The notes beneath the pieces are model-generated. The model had not been told where the DNA came from, ran no database searches, and worked only from the letters and a program-made list of their open reading frames with translations. Positions 52,278 through 64,000 of a DNA stretch of 64,000 bases are shown here, piece after piece. Within the stretch, counting starts at the first letter, position 1, and each line of letters opens with the position of its first letter. The translations under genes were made by a program, and so were the position numbers. The stretch comes from Squalus acanthias (lineage: Eukaryota), in assembly GCA_030390025.1 (NCBI GenBank), contig CM059430.1:67828001-67892000 (forward strand), read 5' to 3'.

Positions 52278-53799
52278 GTAATCGGTTGTTAATTTTTATA
52301 TTAGATAATTCTAATATAGAAAAGATAAAGTGCACAATTACAAATACACAATAATCATGAGTGAAAGAGTATCGCCGAATGAAAGTTAAACAGAAATGTG
52401 AGATCCTGAGATGACGACATATTTATTTAAAATAGAGGAACGTTTATCTTTGTCCTAGAATGATTTAAAGTAAGATTATTTAGATAATTATTGTCGAATC
52501 ACAATGAAAGGATATAATTGAAGAGCGTTCCTTTAATGTATTAATATTTGGATATTTATGCAGTTGTGAGTGGGTCTGTGAGTCTATTTACATTGATGCT
52601 GACGTGCACTCAAAGGCACCGCGTGTGGATGGAAAATAAAAAAATAAACAAGGTAATTACATTATTTAAAAACACAGACACGATGGGCCGAATGGCCTCC
52701 TTCTGTGCCTTAAATTTCTATGATTCTATGATTCTGAATGTTGTTGTTAATGGCCAGGTAAAGAACTGCTGATAATCTCTGCCTCCGCTGCTCACAATTC
52801 CACGAGAGCAATAGGTTAGCCTTTGGGAAAGAATAGCGCGTGTCCAGGCACAGCTGGGAATTAAAAGCAGAAACATACGAAAGCAGGGAACGCGATGAAG
52901 GAGCCGCAATCGAAATGGATAAAGGGTGCCTGTAGCACTCGCTTACAGCCGGCTTCCGTTATACTTCGCTACACACTCTTTCTGTAACATTAGATTATAG
53001 AAAGGTAACTGCTAGTTGGCTCCTGTATATAATGAGCGTATTGCTTTCTATGTAAAGGCTATGTTAAGAAGGGGGAGAGGGTTGTAGCTGAGACTTCATG
53101 TTAGTATTTTTTGCGGCCTGACACGTATCTTGATGGGTGAATGTTTCCAGCTGACGAAATGTTTCAATAAATCTAAGTGCTGTCATTTATACGTGTCAAG
53201 TTGTATCGAGTGTGTAAACGTATCATATGTCTTATATTTTACTGAAGTAAAATTAAGAGACTTAGAGAGAACATTCTGGTCATAGAAAAAGAGACCCGTT
53301 GGAGGCCCAATAATACCTGACATTGATTTGTACTGAAAATCCACGATCAGAATTTATGTCATGGGCGAAACCAATTCAAAGGAAAGTTTGCTCTTTGAAG
53401 AGAAAGTTGGACACTGTGAATCTGGAATAGTTAAAAATACGCGATCACATGCGGAGATACATCGTATTCGGCATATCGACGGAAACAAATGGGTGGAGCG
53501 AAGCAGTAATTGTGATGAGAATAGTAAAATAATATTCGTCTTTCCTGGACTAAACTTGAGACGGTGCAACCATTTGAAACCAAAGACATCTTATTACACA
53601 AGGGCAATTTAAAGACACTAATAAATGATAACTAGCGAAACAGTTAATCACATTAACTAACTGCTAATTTACTTAGTATTGAGCTAAATCCACCTATTTA
53701 TTCAATCTAGACCTCAAGTGACCAAATAATGCAAGAAATAAATAACAGATAACCAACAAATAAATAAGCTAATTAATTAATTAATTAATTAAAACATTG

Positions 53800-56700
53800 C
53801 ATTACAGGCAGTGTGTCGGGATTTTAGTACGCAGAGCTTTGTGGACAAGGAGAATATCCCAGACTGCCACACTGAGGTGAGAGTGACTGCCCTTGATATC
53901 TAGGCAGCATTTGACCGAGTGTGGCATCAAGGAGCCCTAGGAAAATTGCAGTCAATGGGAATCAGGGGAAAACTTTCCATTGGCAGAAGTCATGCCTCGC
54001 ACAAAGGAAGATGGTTGTTGTTGTTGGAGGTCAATCATCACAGCCCCAGGACATCGCTGCAGGAGTTCCTCAGGGCATTCTACAAGGCCCAACCATCTTC
54101 AGCTTCTTCATAAATTACCTTCCTTCATCATAAAGTCAGAAGTGGGGACGTTCAGTGATGATTGCATAGTAATCAGTTCCATTGCAAATGCTCACGTAAT
54201 GAAACAGTCCGTGTCCGCATGCATGGGCATCATTCAGACGTGAGCTGATAAGTGGCAAGTAACATTCGTGCCACACAAGTTCCAGGCAAAGACTGTCTCC
54301 AACAAGAAAGCGTCTAACCAACCCCCGCCCTTGACGTTCAACAGCAATATTAGCACCGAATCCGCCACCATCAACATCCTGGGGGTCACAATTGACCCGA
54401 AACTCAACTGGACCAGCCACATCAATATGTAGCTACGAGAGCAGGTCAGAGGCTGAGTATTCTGTGGCGAGTGTCTCACCTCCTGTCTCCTCAAAGCCCT
54501 TCCGCCATCTACAAGGCACAAGTCAGGAGTTTGATGGAATACTCTCCACTTGCCTGCATGAGTGCAGTTCCAACAACACTTAACAAGCTCGGCACCATCC
54601 AGGACAAAGCATCCCGCTTGATTGTCAGCCCATCCACCACGTTTATCATTCACACCCTCCATCACCGGCGCAACATCACTGCAGTGTGTACCGTCCACAA
54701 GATGCATTGCAGCAACTCGCCAAGGCTTCTTCGACAGCACCTCCCAAACCCACGACCTCTACCGCCTAGAAGGACAGGAGCAGCAGGTGAATGGGAACAC
54801 CAGCACATGCAACTCCCCCTCCAAGTTACACACCATCCTGACTTGGAAATATAGTGCTGTTCCTTCATCGTCGCTGGGTCAAAATCCTGGAACTCCCTCC
54901 TAAACAGCCATGTGGGAGAACCTTCATCAGACGGAATGCAGCGGTTCAAGAAGGTCTCACATCACCACCTTCTCAAGGGCAATTAGAGATGTGTAATAAA
55001 TGCTGACCCTGCCAGCGACGCCCACATCTCAGAAACGAATAAACAAAATCCGGCTCAGAATCATTGAGCAGGAGTGTGAGCTAGAAACACTCCTACACAT
55101 AAGGGAGGAGGGGAAATTTCAGCATAATTTACGCCAGGATACAGTTACACACCAGAGGAAAGAATAGGTATAGGAAGGGGAGAGTGTGACTGTCAGTCAA
55201 CTGGATAAGAGCAACGTAGGAGAGTTAGTGAAGGAGGTCCATCAGAACAATCCAATACGTACAAGATAGTTGATACCTGTGAGCATAAGGTGAAAGAGTC
55301 ATTGGCACGTAATTTCCGATAGGAGACTTCCTGCGTGCGGCTGTCTCATATCGGGAAAAAATCTACGCCCTTACCTGAGGGCTCCCGAAGTCCAGAATCT
55401 TCCGCTCCTGGGCCTTTCCTGTTGCGCGCGCTCAGAGACCCAGGTATCCCAGGGGCGCAGGCGGTCCGCCAGCGTCCCTCTGACCACGTGGGCCAGTGAA
55501 TGGGGATCACAAAAAAAATCAAAACATTAAATGCATTTTTTTTTAAAAGCACGTTTTTAAAATGAGTTAATCTCACATTAAATTAAATATTTTAAACAAA
55601 AAATTATTTTTTTGAAAAAAATAATCAAAGTTTTTTCGGGGCTAAAAATAAACTGTTTTTAAATTATAAATGAATGAAATTTTTTAAAAATACTATTTAA
55701 AACTCATGCTCTCTGAAGAGCAATCCAGTCAGACCCATTCCCCTGCTCCATCCCCGTAGCCCTGCAGGTTTAATTCCCTCAAGTGCCTATCCCCGTCTAG
55801 CCTATACAAACCCTTCATTATCTTGTACACCTCTTTCAAATCAGCCCTCAACGTCCTTTGCTCTAATGAAAACAAATCCAGCTTCTCCAAACTGTCCTTG
55901 TAGCTAAGATCCCCCATTCCCGGAACCATTCTTGTAAATCTCCTCTGCACCCTCTCAAGGGCCTTCACATCCTTCCTAAAGTGTGGTTACCAGAACTGGA
56001 CGCAATACTCCAGTTGTGGCCTAACCAGCGCTTCATAAAGTTTCAGCATAACTTGTCTACTTTTGTACTCAATACCTCTATTTATGAAGCACAAGATCCA
56101 TCATGCTTTGTTAACCACTCTCTCAATATGTCCTGCCACCTTCAGGGAACTATGCACATTAACTCCCAGGTCCCTCTGTCCCTGGACACACTTTAAAACT
56201 GTGCAATTAACTGTATATTGCCTCTCCCTGCTCCTTCTGCCAAAATGCATCACTGCACACTTCTCTGTTTTAAATTCCATCTGCCACTTGAATGCCCAAT
56301 CTGCTAGCCTTTCTATGTCCTGTTGCAGTCGATTGGTATCATCATCACTGTTTGCCACACCAACAAGTTTGGGTGTCATCGGCAAATTTAGAAATTCTAC
56401 TCTGTATTCCAAAATCCAGGTAATTTATATGTATCAGGAAAATCAGTGGCCCCAGCACGGACCCTTGGGGAACAGCACTGTCTACCATCCTCCAGTCTGA
56501 AAAACAGCCATTTACCACAACTCGCTGTTTTCTGTCCTTAAGGCAATTCCTTATCCAAGCTGCCACTAACCCACCTATTAACCAGGCATCTATGTGGTAC
56601 TTTGCCAGACGCCTTCCGAAAATCCATGTAGACACCATCCATTGCATTCCATTCATCAATCCTCTCTTTTACTTTATCAAAAAATTCAATTAGATTAGTC

Positions 56701-59460
56701 AAACACGTTCTGCCTTTTACAAATCCGTGTTGGCTCTCCTTAATTATCTTAAACCTCTCCAAGACTGTGGGAAGGACCACCAGAATGCCAGCCAGGCCAC
56801 TATGGAGCAGAAGCTTCTCCAAGGGAGAAGATGCAGAGAAGAAAGGTTGATGTTATGGGGGATTCTATAATTAGGGGGATAGGCAGCATTCATTGCAGTC
56901 AGGAATCGAGATTCCTGAAGGGTATGTTGCCTACCCATAAGAGTAAGGGAAATCTCAAAATGGGTAGTAAATAATCTTGAAGAGTGGAAGAGGATCTCAT
57001 TGTTGTGCTCCATGTCGGAACCAACAACAGAGAATCATAGATATTTACGGTACAGAAGGAGGCTATTTCGACCATTGTGTCTGGGCCGGATGAAAAGGAG
57101 CTGTCCAAACTAATCCCACTTTCCAGCTCTTGGTCCGTAGCCTTGTAGGTTGCAGCACTTCAAGTGCATACCCAAGTACTTTTCAAATGTGATTAGGTTT
57201 TCTGCCTCACCACCCTTTCAAGCAGTGAGTTCCAGACCCCCACCACCCTCAGATTGAAAAGATTTCTCCTCAATTCCCTTGTAATCCATCGACCAATTAT
57301 TTTAAATCTATGCCTCCTGGTTATTGATCTCTCTGCTAAAGGAAATATATCTTTCCGATCCACTCTATTCCACTAGCCTCCTCATAATTGTATACACCTC
57401 AAACAAGTCTCCCATCACCCTCCTCTGTTCCAAAGAAAACAACAACAGCCTATCCAATCTCTCCACATCGATAAAATTCTCCAGTTCTGTCAACATCCTC
57501 ATAAATCCCTTCTGTACCCCCTCTAGAGCAATCATATCCTTCCTGTAATCTGGTGACCAGAACTGTGTGCAGTATTCTAGCTGTGGCCTTACTAGAGGTT
57601 TATACAGTTTAAGCATAACTTCCTGGCTCTTATATTCCATGCCTTGGCTAATAAATGAAAGATTAGGGGAAGGGTCCTGCTAAGAGAATATCAGGAGTTA
57701 GGAGCTAACTTGAAAAGCAGGACTTCACGGGTAATAATCTCAGGATTATTACGTGTAAGGTCCTGTTTTTCACGTTTTTTCGGATTATTACCGGAGCCAC
57801 GTGGAAATAGGTATCGAGACAAACAAATTAGGAAAGTCAATACTTAGCTATAGGAGTGGTGTGGGAAGGATGGGTTCCATTTCATGGGACGATGACACTA
57901 GTACTGGAGCAGGAAGGAGCTGTACCATTGGGACGGGCTGCACCTGAAACGGACTGGGACCAATGTCCTAGTGGAAAGTATAACTAGGACTTTAAATAAG
58001 ACTTCAAAATAATAACATGGAGGGGCGGGGTGGGGGGATTGCTACAAATTAGAGAAACCTAACAATAAAAGAATCAAGAAAAGAGAGTAGAGGACAAACT
58101 AAAGGAAGGAATAAGGATAACACGAATAGCCAGAGATCGGATAAATTCATAGACAATAATAGTAAAATAATTACTAAAATCAAAGAGAGAGGAATAATAC
58201 ATAAAAATAAATTAAACTGTTTGTACAGCAATCCATGTAGTATTCAAAACAAAATGGACGAACTGGAGGCAATAATTTGCAGAGAGGATCCGGATATAGT
58301 AGGGGTGACTGAAACATGGCTGGATAGAGAACAGGATTGTTAACTAAATATTGCAGGATATAACACACTTAAGAAGGAAAGGGAAGGAAAGGGAAGGAAG
58401 GGGGGAGGGGGAGTACCTGTTTTGGTTAAAGATAACATAATGGCAGTAGAAAATAGCTTGAAACTATCAGTAAGATAGATACAAAATCCCTATGATTTGA
58501 GTTCAAAGATAAAAAGGGATCCATCACCTTAATAGGGGTATACTATCTTCCTCAAATAGTGTAAAGGGAATTTGAGGAAGAAATATGTAGGAAAATCTAT
58601 GAGGTGAGTAGCAGAGATAGAATAATAATCATGGGATATTTCAACTACCCGAAATAAATTGGCAGGAAGAAGTAGCGAAACGAGAAAAGGGAATCGAGTT
58701 TTTACAATGTGTAAGAAGTCCAACAAGAAAATAATCACTACTGGATCTCGTAATGGGTAGTGAACCAGAACAGACAGAAGAAACAAGAGTCGGAGAACGT
58801 CTTAATAACCATTGATCACCACATAGATTTGGATCACGAGTTACTTACGTAGGTCAAAGACTAAGGTAATAGATTGGAAAAGAGCAAATTATGAGCAAAT
58901 GAGGGTTGAACTAAAGAAGGTAAAGTGGGAGAAAATTTTGAAAACAAAGCGCCAGAAAAACAATGGGAAATCTTTAAAAGGGTAATCAATAGAGTTCAAG
59001 AGAAATGCATTCCACTAAAAGCCAAAACAAGCAAGCTAATTATTGGGCACCATGAATGAATAAAGGACGACAGGGAACATTGTATCTAAAGAAAACAACA
59101 TATAAGTAATTAGATACTAAAGAAGAGGAGCAAAATTGGGTATATGCAAAATTTTGCAGCGTACATTTCATAGAGTCAGTCATAGAGTCATAACGGCACA
59201 GAAGGAGTCCTTACCGGCTCTCTGTAGAGCAATCCAGTCAGTTCCATTGCCCCGCTCTGTCCCCGTAGCCCTGCAAGTTTATTTCCCTCAAGTGCCTATC
59301 CAGTCTCCCTTTGAAAACATTGAGTGTCTCCGCTTCCACTGCTTCCATCGGCAGCGAATTCCACATCATCACCACTCGCTGCGTAAAAAAGTTTTCCCTC
59401 ACAGTCCCCCTGTATCTCTTGCCCAAAACCTTAAATCTGTGTCCCCTAATTGATGGTACA
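53800..59460 (+). mobile_element. Old CR1 5' half (ORF1 + endonuclease) fragmented by nested insertions
   Basis: ORF1 pieces at 53800-53871, 55049-55300, 56763-57032 and 57661-58010; ORF2 start ~58215. Inserts: family B 53872-55048 (+), MITE fragment 55303-55705, CR1 (-) at 55706-56762, 57033-57660 and 59168-59460. Confidence 0.78.
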
Positions 59461-60404
59461 AGATAGATGGTACAAACTCTTTCAATAACGAACCAGTTGT
59501 TTGGTTAACAGTGAAATATTTTATTAAAGCCATTGGTACCTTTTGCCATAAAAATGTGGCGCTCGGCGGGAATTGTTGAATCTCTGAGATTATCAGTTTT
59601 TCCTGGGTCTTTCAAGCACAACATGGTTCATAGGTAATGATCATACACCGTCAGATTTCATTGTCGCCAAATAACGCTCCAGGTGAAGTGGTTTCCGTTT
59701 GCCAGCCATGCTAAACTTGCAGCATGAATCCAAGTCACGGCCTGACCAGGTGGAATAGGTCTCACAGTGATGTGGTTCGATATCGCTCTGAGTGTAACTA
59801 CAGTGGGATGGGAAATTATGTAAAAAAAATAAAGTTCCCAGGGAATCCATTGTGGTGTTCTTTATTTCCTCATTTTGTACTGAACGGCATCAGCATTTGT
59901 GTTTCGCAATGAAAACAAATGTTCCGCGTCTGCACATACAGTCTTCATCATGTAAGGCAGTAGAGAGTCTTATTGATAGTGGTTTTAATGTGAACAGTGC
60001 TTATTTCGAGTGCTGTCAATATAAAACGATACCTCCCATAGAGTTAGCTGCAACCACTTTTTCACGTCGACTGATTAATGTGGCAAATCAATCGCATTGG
60101 GAAAGCCGGTTGCTTGTGTGGAATCAGAGGTCGCGATTCTAAGCTGTAGAATCTATGTTCTGAATATAACTGAAAGCCCGATTTTTCTGACTCAGACCTG
60201 TAACGATAATGTGCAGCAAATGATTAATAGAGAATCGGCGAATTAAACTGATTTCTTATTGGGGGATATGTGTTGAGAAAGTAAAACGGGTTTACTGGGT
60301 AACAGAGACCAGGCAAAGAAGAAAAAAATCATCGTGTTTAAATCCGTTAACTTGATTATCCATTCCTATTCATATCTTTACTTTGATTATGTATTAATTG
60401 TAAT

Positions 60405-61174
60405 GGGCCAGAAATTCGGCTTGCCGGCTTCCTGCGGGTACAAGCATTGCGCGCGTACTTGCCTACCACACCTGCAGTTGTGCTTTGGGCCCACGGGGAC
60501 TTCAGGTCCTGGGCCTCCTGCAGCTGCCGGCGCGCAGTGCTCGTGTATCCCAGGGGCACAATTAGTTCGAAGCGTCCCCTGGGATCAGCTGGGCCATGGA
60601 GAGCCAATTCTACCAGGGAATTTTCATAGATTTGACAGGAAGACCTGTCAAATCTATGAATAGAGATCGGCCCCAAAACCACACTTAAACTTCAAATAAA
60701 TTTAAAAATAAACATCACATTTTTAAAATAACTATAAGTTAAATTATCTACTTTAAACAAAAATTTAAATTTGTGAAAAAATTAATTATACTTTATAACG
60801 GTGCTAAAAATAAACTTACCTTTCTTTAAAGTATCTAAAGAAGATAACCCTGTTGAATTTTTTTTTCAATTGTAAATAACTAACCACTTAACTTGTTAAA
60901 AACATGCCTTGCGCCTCATTTTTAAAAACGCAGCTTCTTCATACTTACCTTCCCGGAGAAACCTGAAAAAAAACTGAAGTTCGCTGCGTGTGCGCAGCCC
61001 CTCCCGCGCGCGCTACCTCTCCCACACACACGTTCCACTTCTTAACCCCTCTCTTCAGGAGAACGGAAGTTCTGGTTTCCCGCGCATGCGCAGTGCATGC
61101 AGTAAACCGGCACTTCAGATGGCCTTACGGGTGAGTACACAGCGAGTACCCGATAACAGCCGAATTTCTGTCCC
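60405..61174. mobile_element. MITE with 17-bp TIR (Harbinger-like GGG termini)
   Basis: gggccagaaattcggct versus reverse complement gggacagaaattcggct (16/17); flanks AAT and AAA; related truncated copy at 55303-55705. Confidence 0.8.
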
Positions 61175-63517
61175 AAACCGAAACTATTTACTTGCAGCGA
61201 GGATTACCTTTACATTAAGCCACCAGCAAAACACTAATCTGCAAATCTACCTGGACGGAGAGAACCAAGATGTGCTCCCATTGGCATTCGAAGTTGGATA
61301 CTTTGTCAGCAAGTATCCACAGTCACCTTACATTTGCCGTGCATGTGTATTTGCTTCTGCGCATATGTCTGCGCATTTTCTTCTCAAGCATCTTGTGTGG
61401 ATAATCATAGACAGTGTATTATTTAAGGGTAATGCAAACATCTCGACGCTTCAGAACTGCCTGATATTCCTTCAATGTTGTGACGGAAAATATCTCTCCA
61501 CTTATTTCTGTCTGCCGTCCCCTTTATTATGATACTAATCTGCCGGTTGCATGATGTCTATGAGCAGGAATTCCGTATGGAAGTGCCTCTCCTGTGAAGT
61601 CACGAATGGGGATTTCTTGCCTCTGCTCAATGTCCCGATGTGATTGGAACGGGTCGGCTAGACGACACCTTAGAAATTCTTTGCAAATCGGCTCTTTCAT
61701 CACCTCAAACCCAATATACTATGATGTCAAACAGTTTGATAGGAACAACTTGAATGAGCAACATTCCTGACAAAATGGTTGCAATTATGGAGAAATTGAA
61801 TAAAAGGTGCTTTATTAGCCGAACTCACTTGCCATTTTGCAGAATATGCAAAACCTACAATTTGTGAGCTCATGTGACCAATGTTACAATATTGTAGGAC
61901 ATGAAGAACTTGCAATGCGTTTCAGAGATTTAACCAATTTAACTGTACTGAAATTTGCGTGGATATATAAAACAAAAATGAAGAAAATGTACTTAGTAAT
62001 ACACTTAGAAATATATATGAAAATTGAATGAATAAAAGAGGGATAAACGCCTTAAGGCGGGGCATTTACGCATTCCCATCGGTAGCGATAGTGAGCTTAG
62101 GAAAGTTACAAAGACTAATGTGAAGTAAAATCTACATTGAATGTGAACATTAAGTGTTCTTATAATTACACTGAAACATGCGATGTGAAATAACTGCTGC
62201 TATTCAACACTAGATACGTTTTCAGTATGTTGCAATTAACAGAGTTAAATTGAGAACAAGACGTGTTGGTGCTTCGAGTTGAGCAACTGAACCGCTTCCT
62301 TTACTTAGCTTGCATAAGCGATTCGCCCTTGTAAATATTTAGCAAAACATCAGTGTAGCGAAAAACAGAAGATAAAAACCCCAGCTAATCGCTTGTAGTT
62401 TATCAGAACTGATAGATCGCCCACACATTGACCTTTTAATTCCTGTATATAAATGTGCCACTGTTTCGGTTAATAAATTATCAAAATAATCTACTCCACG
62501 TTGTCTCCATTTGAAGATGGATTGTTATTAGATGAGAAAATCGAATTTGAAGTAAACTTTAACATAATAACTCGTAATCAGTTACACATCTACTTCCATT
62601 TTTCGGCCCCTGTCATTCGGGATAAAAATGCGACGTTCTTGTAGAAACCTGTGCTAATTAAGGCAAATCAGCACGGATTTCGAAAAGGCAAATCGTGCTT
62701 GAATTCCCTTCTAGAATTCTTTGAAGAAACAGCAGCGGGAATAGATAAAGGAAATGCAACAGATATCGTTTGCATTGATCTATTTTAAATGACAATTTGA
62801 CACCAGCAGATAATGAGTCTTGGAAGCAGAATACATGGGAACTTTCAAAACGGAAGTGGATATAAACGTGGAAAGAATAACATTGCAGGGATTTAGGGAA
62901 AGAGTGAAAGAGTGGGACTAATTGGTTAGATCTTTCAAAGTGCCAACACGGGCACAATTGGCAGCATGGTCTCCTTCTGTGCTTCTACTTGGCCACATGG
63001 GCAGACACATGTTTGGTGGATATAAAACAACTGGTAGCTACTTTTAGTACCTTGATGGACGAAACCATAGACTAGAGCTTCACCCGTTTCACATCAGGAA
63101 CGTCACCTGGTGTGGAAGCCAGAATGCAGTGACGCCACACATAAACCAACACACAGGTTTTGCAGTTTTACACGCAAAAAATGAGCACCAATCGTTGACT
63201 TGTAATTGATCGTATATAATCCATTTTTATTGAATTAATGATAATTAGGTACAGCAAGGATATTAGCGTATCATTCTAATCGAATGAGCACAGATTTGTC
63301 ATCAGTTAACTGATACCGATTTAACATCAAAGTATGTCAGGAAAGTTACTTTTACGAAAACAGTAAGTAATAACTATAGACTGTATTCTCTGATATATCA
63401 ATGGAATGCGTTACCTCTCGGAGGAATTATATCGCACGATATACATACGCGTGATATAGCAGAGAAATGCGATCAATACACACCAAAAAAGTGAAGTCCT
63501 TATCTAAAATTATATTG

Positions 63518-63688
63518 CTAATTGATTCTTACTTCTGCGTAGACAGCCTCTGTTACTCGTCTTTGTTTTTTTGTCCGCAGCTGGGCATATTCTGTCCTTT
63601 CATTATTTTTGCATCTCCCGGTTTTCTCTGAGCCAGTCAATGCTATAGTCGTGTACGTCAGCTTGTCACGCCCTGTCCCTTGTTCGGT
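63518..63688 (-). CDS. Terminal coding exon of an inhibitory immunoreceptor (ITIM/ITSM-like motifs)
   Basis: TEQGTGRDKLTYTTIALTGSEKTGRCKNNERTEYAQLRTKKQRRVTEAVYAEVRIN*; acceptor ggcttcacag; AATAAA on - at 63231-63226. Confidence 0.8.
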   Translation of the reverse strand, partial: TEQGTGRDKLTYTTIALTGSEKTGRCKNNERTEYAQLRTKKQRRVTEAVYAEVRIN

Positions 63689-63896
63689 CTGTGAAGCCAA
63701 TGTTTGGAAATATTGTTAATTGTTCATTTTGTAAGTTTTGTGGACTGCTGCTCAAAGCAGCCATCAGAAGGTCACACAAATAGGCATAGATACAACACAC
63801 GGTCAAAGTCAGCACAAACATATGCCCTCCACTATCGCATGAATGTTGATGTAACACCGGTGATCTATGTTTCTCTGATCTGTTACTCAGTCCTAC

Positions 63897-64000
63897 CTCA
63901 GCGTATACGGTTCTCTCCTCTTCACGTTTATATCTTGGTGTTTTCCTGGCTCTGCTCAAATTTAGTGCAGCATAATGCATGAACTCAGCCGCTGCTCCCT
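63897..64000 (-). CDS. Penultimate cytoplasmic exon of the inhibitory receptor (runs off the window)
   Basis: GAAAEFMHYAALNLSRARKTPRYKREEERTVYAE(V); phase 0 donor gag|gtagga is compatible with the terminal exon; the exact donor is uncertain. Confidence 0.72.

Noticed and set aside
53248-53612. Terminal exon candidates for the + strand receptor (53248-53285; ORF 53361-53612)
   Set aside because: Acceptors are weak and alternatives cannot be distinguished without cDNA; no signalling motif.
60990-61532. 180-aa ORF
   Set aside because: Starts inside a MITE with a non-ATG codon and has no recognisable domain or splice context.

Overview
Repeat-dense vertebrate genomic DNA. The repeat content (HE1/V-SINE, Deu-domain SINE, esterase-ORF1 CR1 LINEs, Penelope tails) points to a cartilaginous fish; this is an inference. 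Most of the window is decayed, nested retroelements: CR1, a second non-LTR family, Penelope and SINEs. It also holds a nearly intact 4.07-kb PIF/Harbinger transposon (566-4640) with 12-bp TIRs, a TTA TSD, a spliced Myb/SANT gene and a convergent DDE transposase carrying one nonsense codon, plus a related MITE (24933-25706). The host-gene content is an immunoglobulin-superfamily receptor locus. On +, a leader-V-C1-TM gene (35801-40488, probable extra exon at 52233) has a germline-fused J-like strand and an Arg in its transmembrane helix (activating type). It is disabled by three independent lesions. On -, at the window end, is the cytoplasmic tail of a receptor with four or five ITIM/ITSM-like tyrosine motifs (inhibitory type). 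Together they look like a convergent paired activating/inhibitory receptor cluster of SIRP/NKp30-like design. Repeat boundaries were read by eye and are approximate unless a TIR or TSD is quoted.
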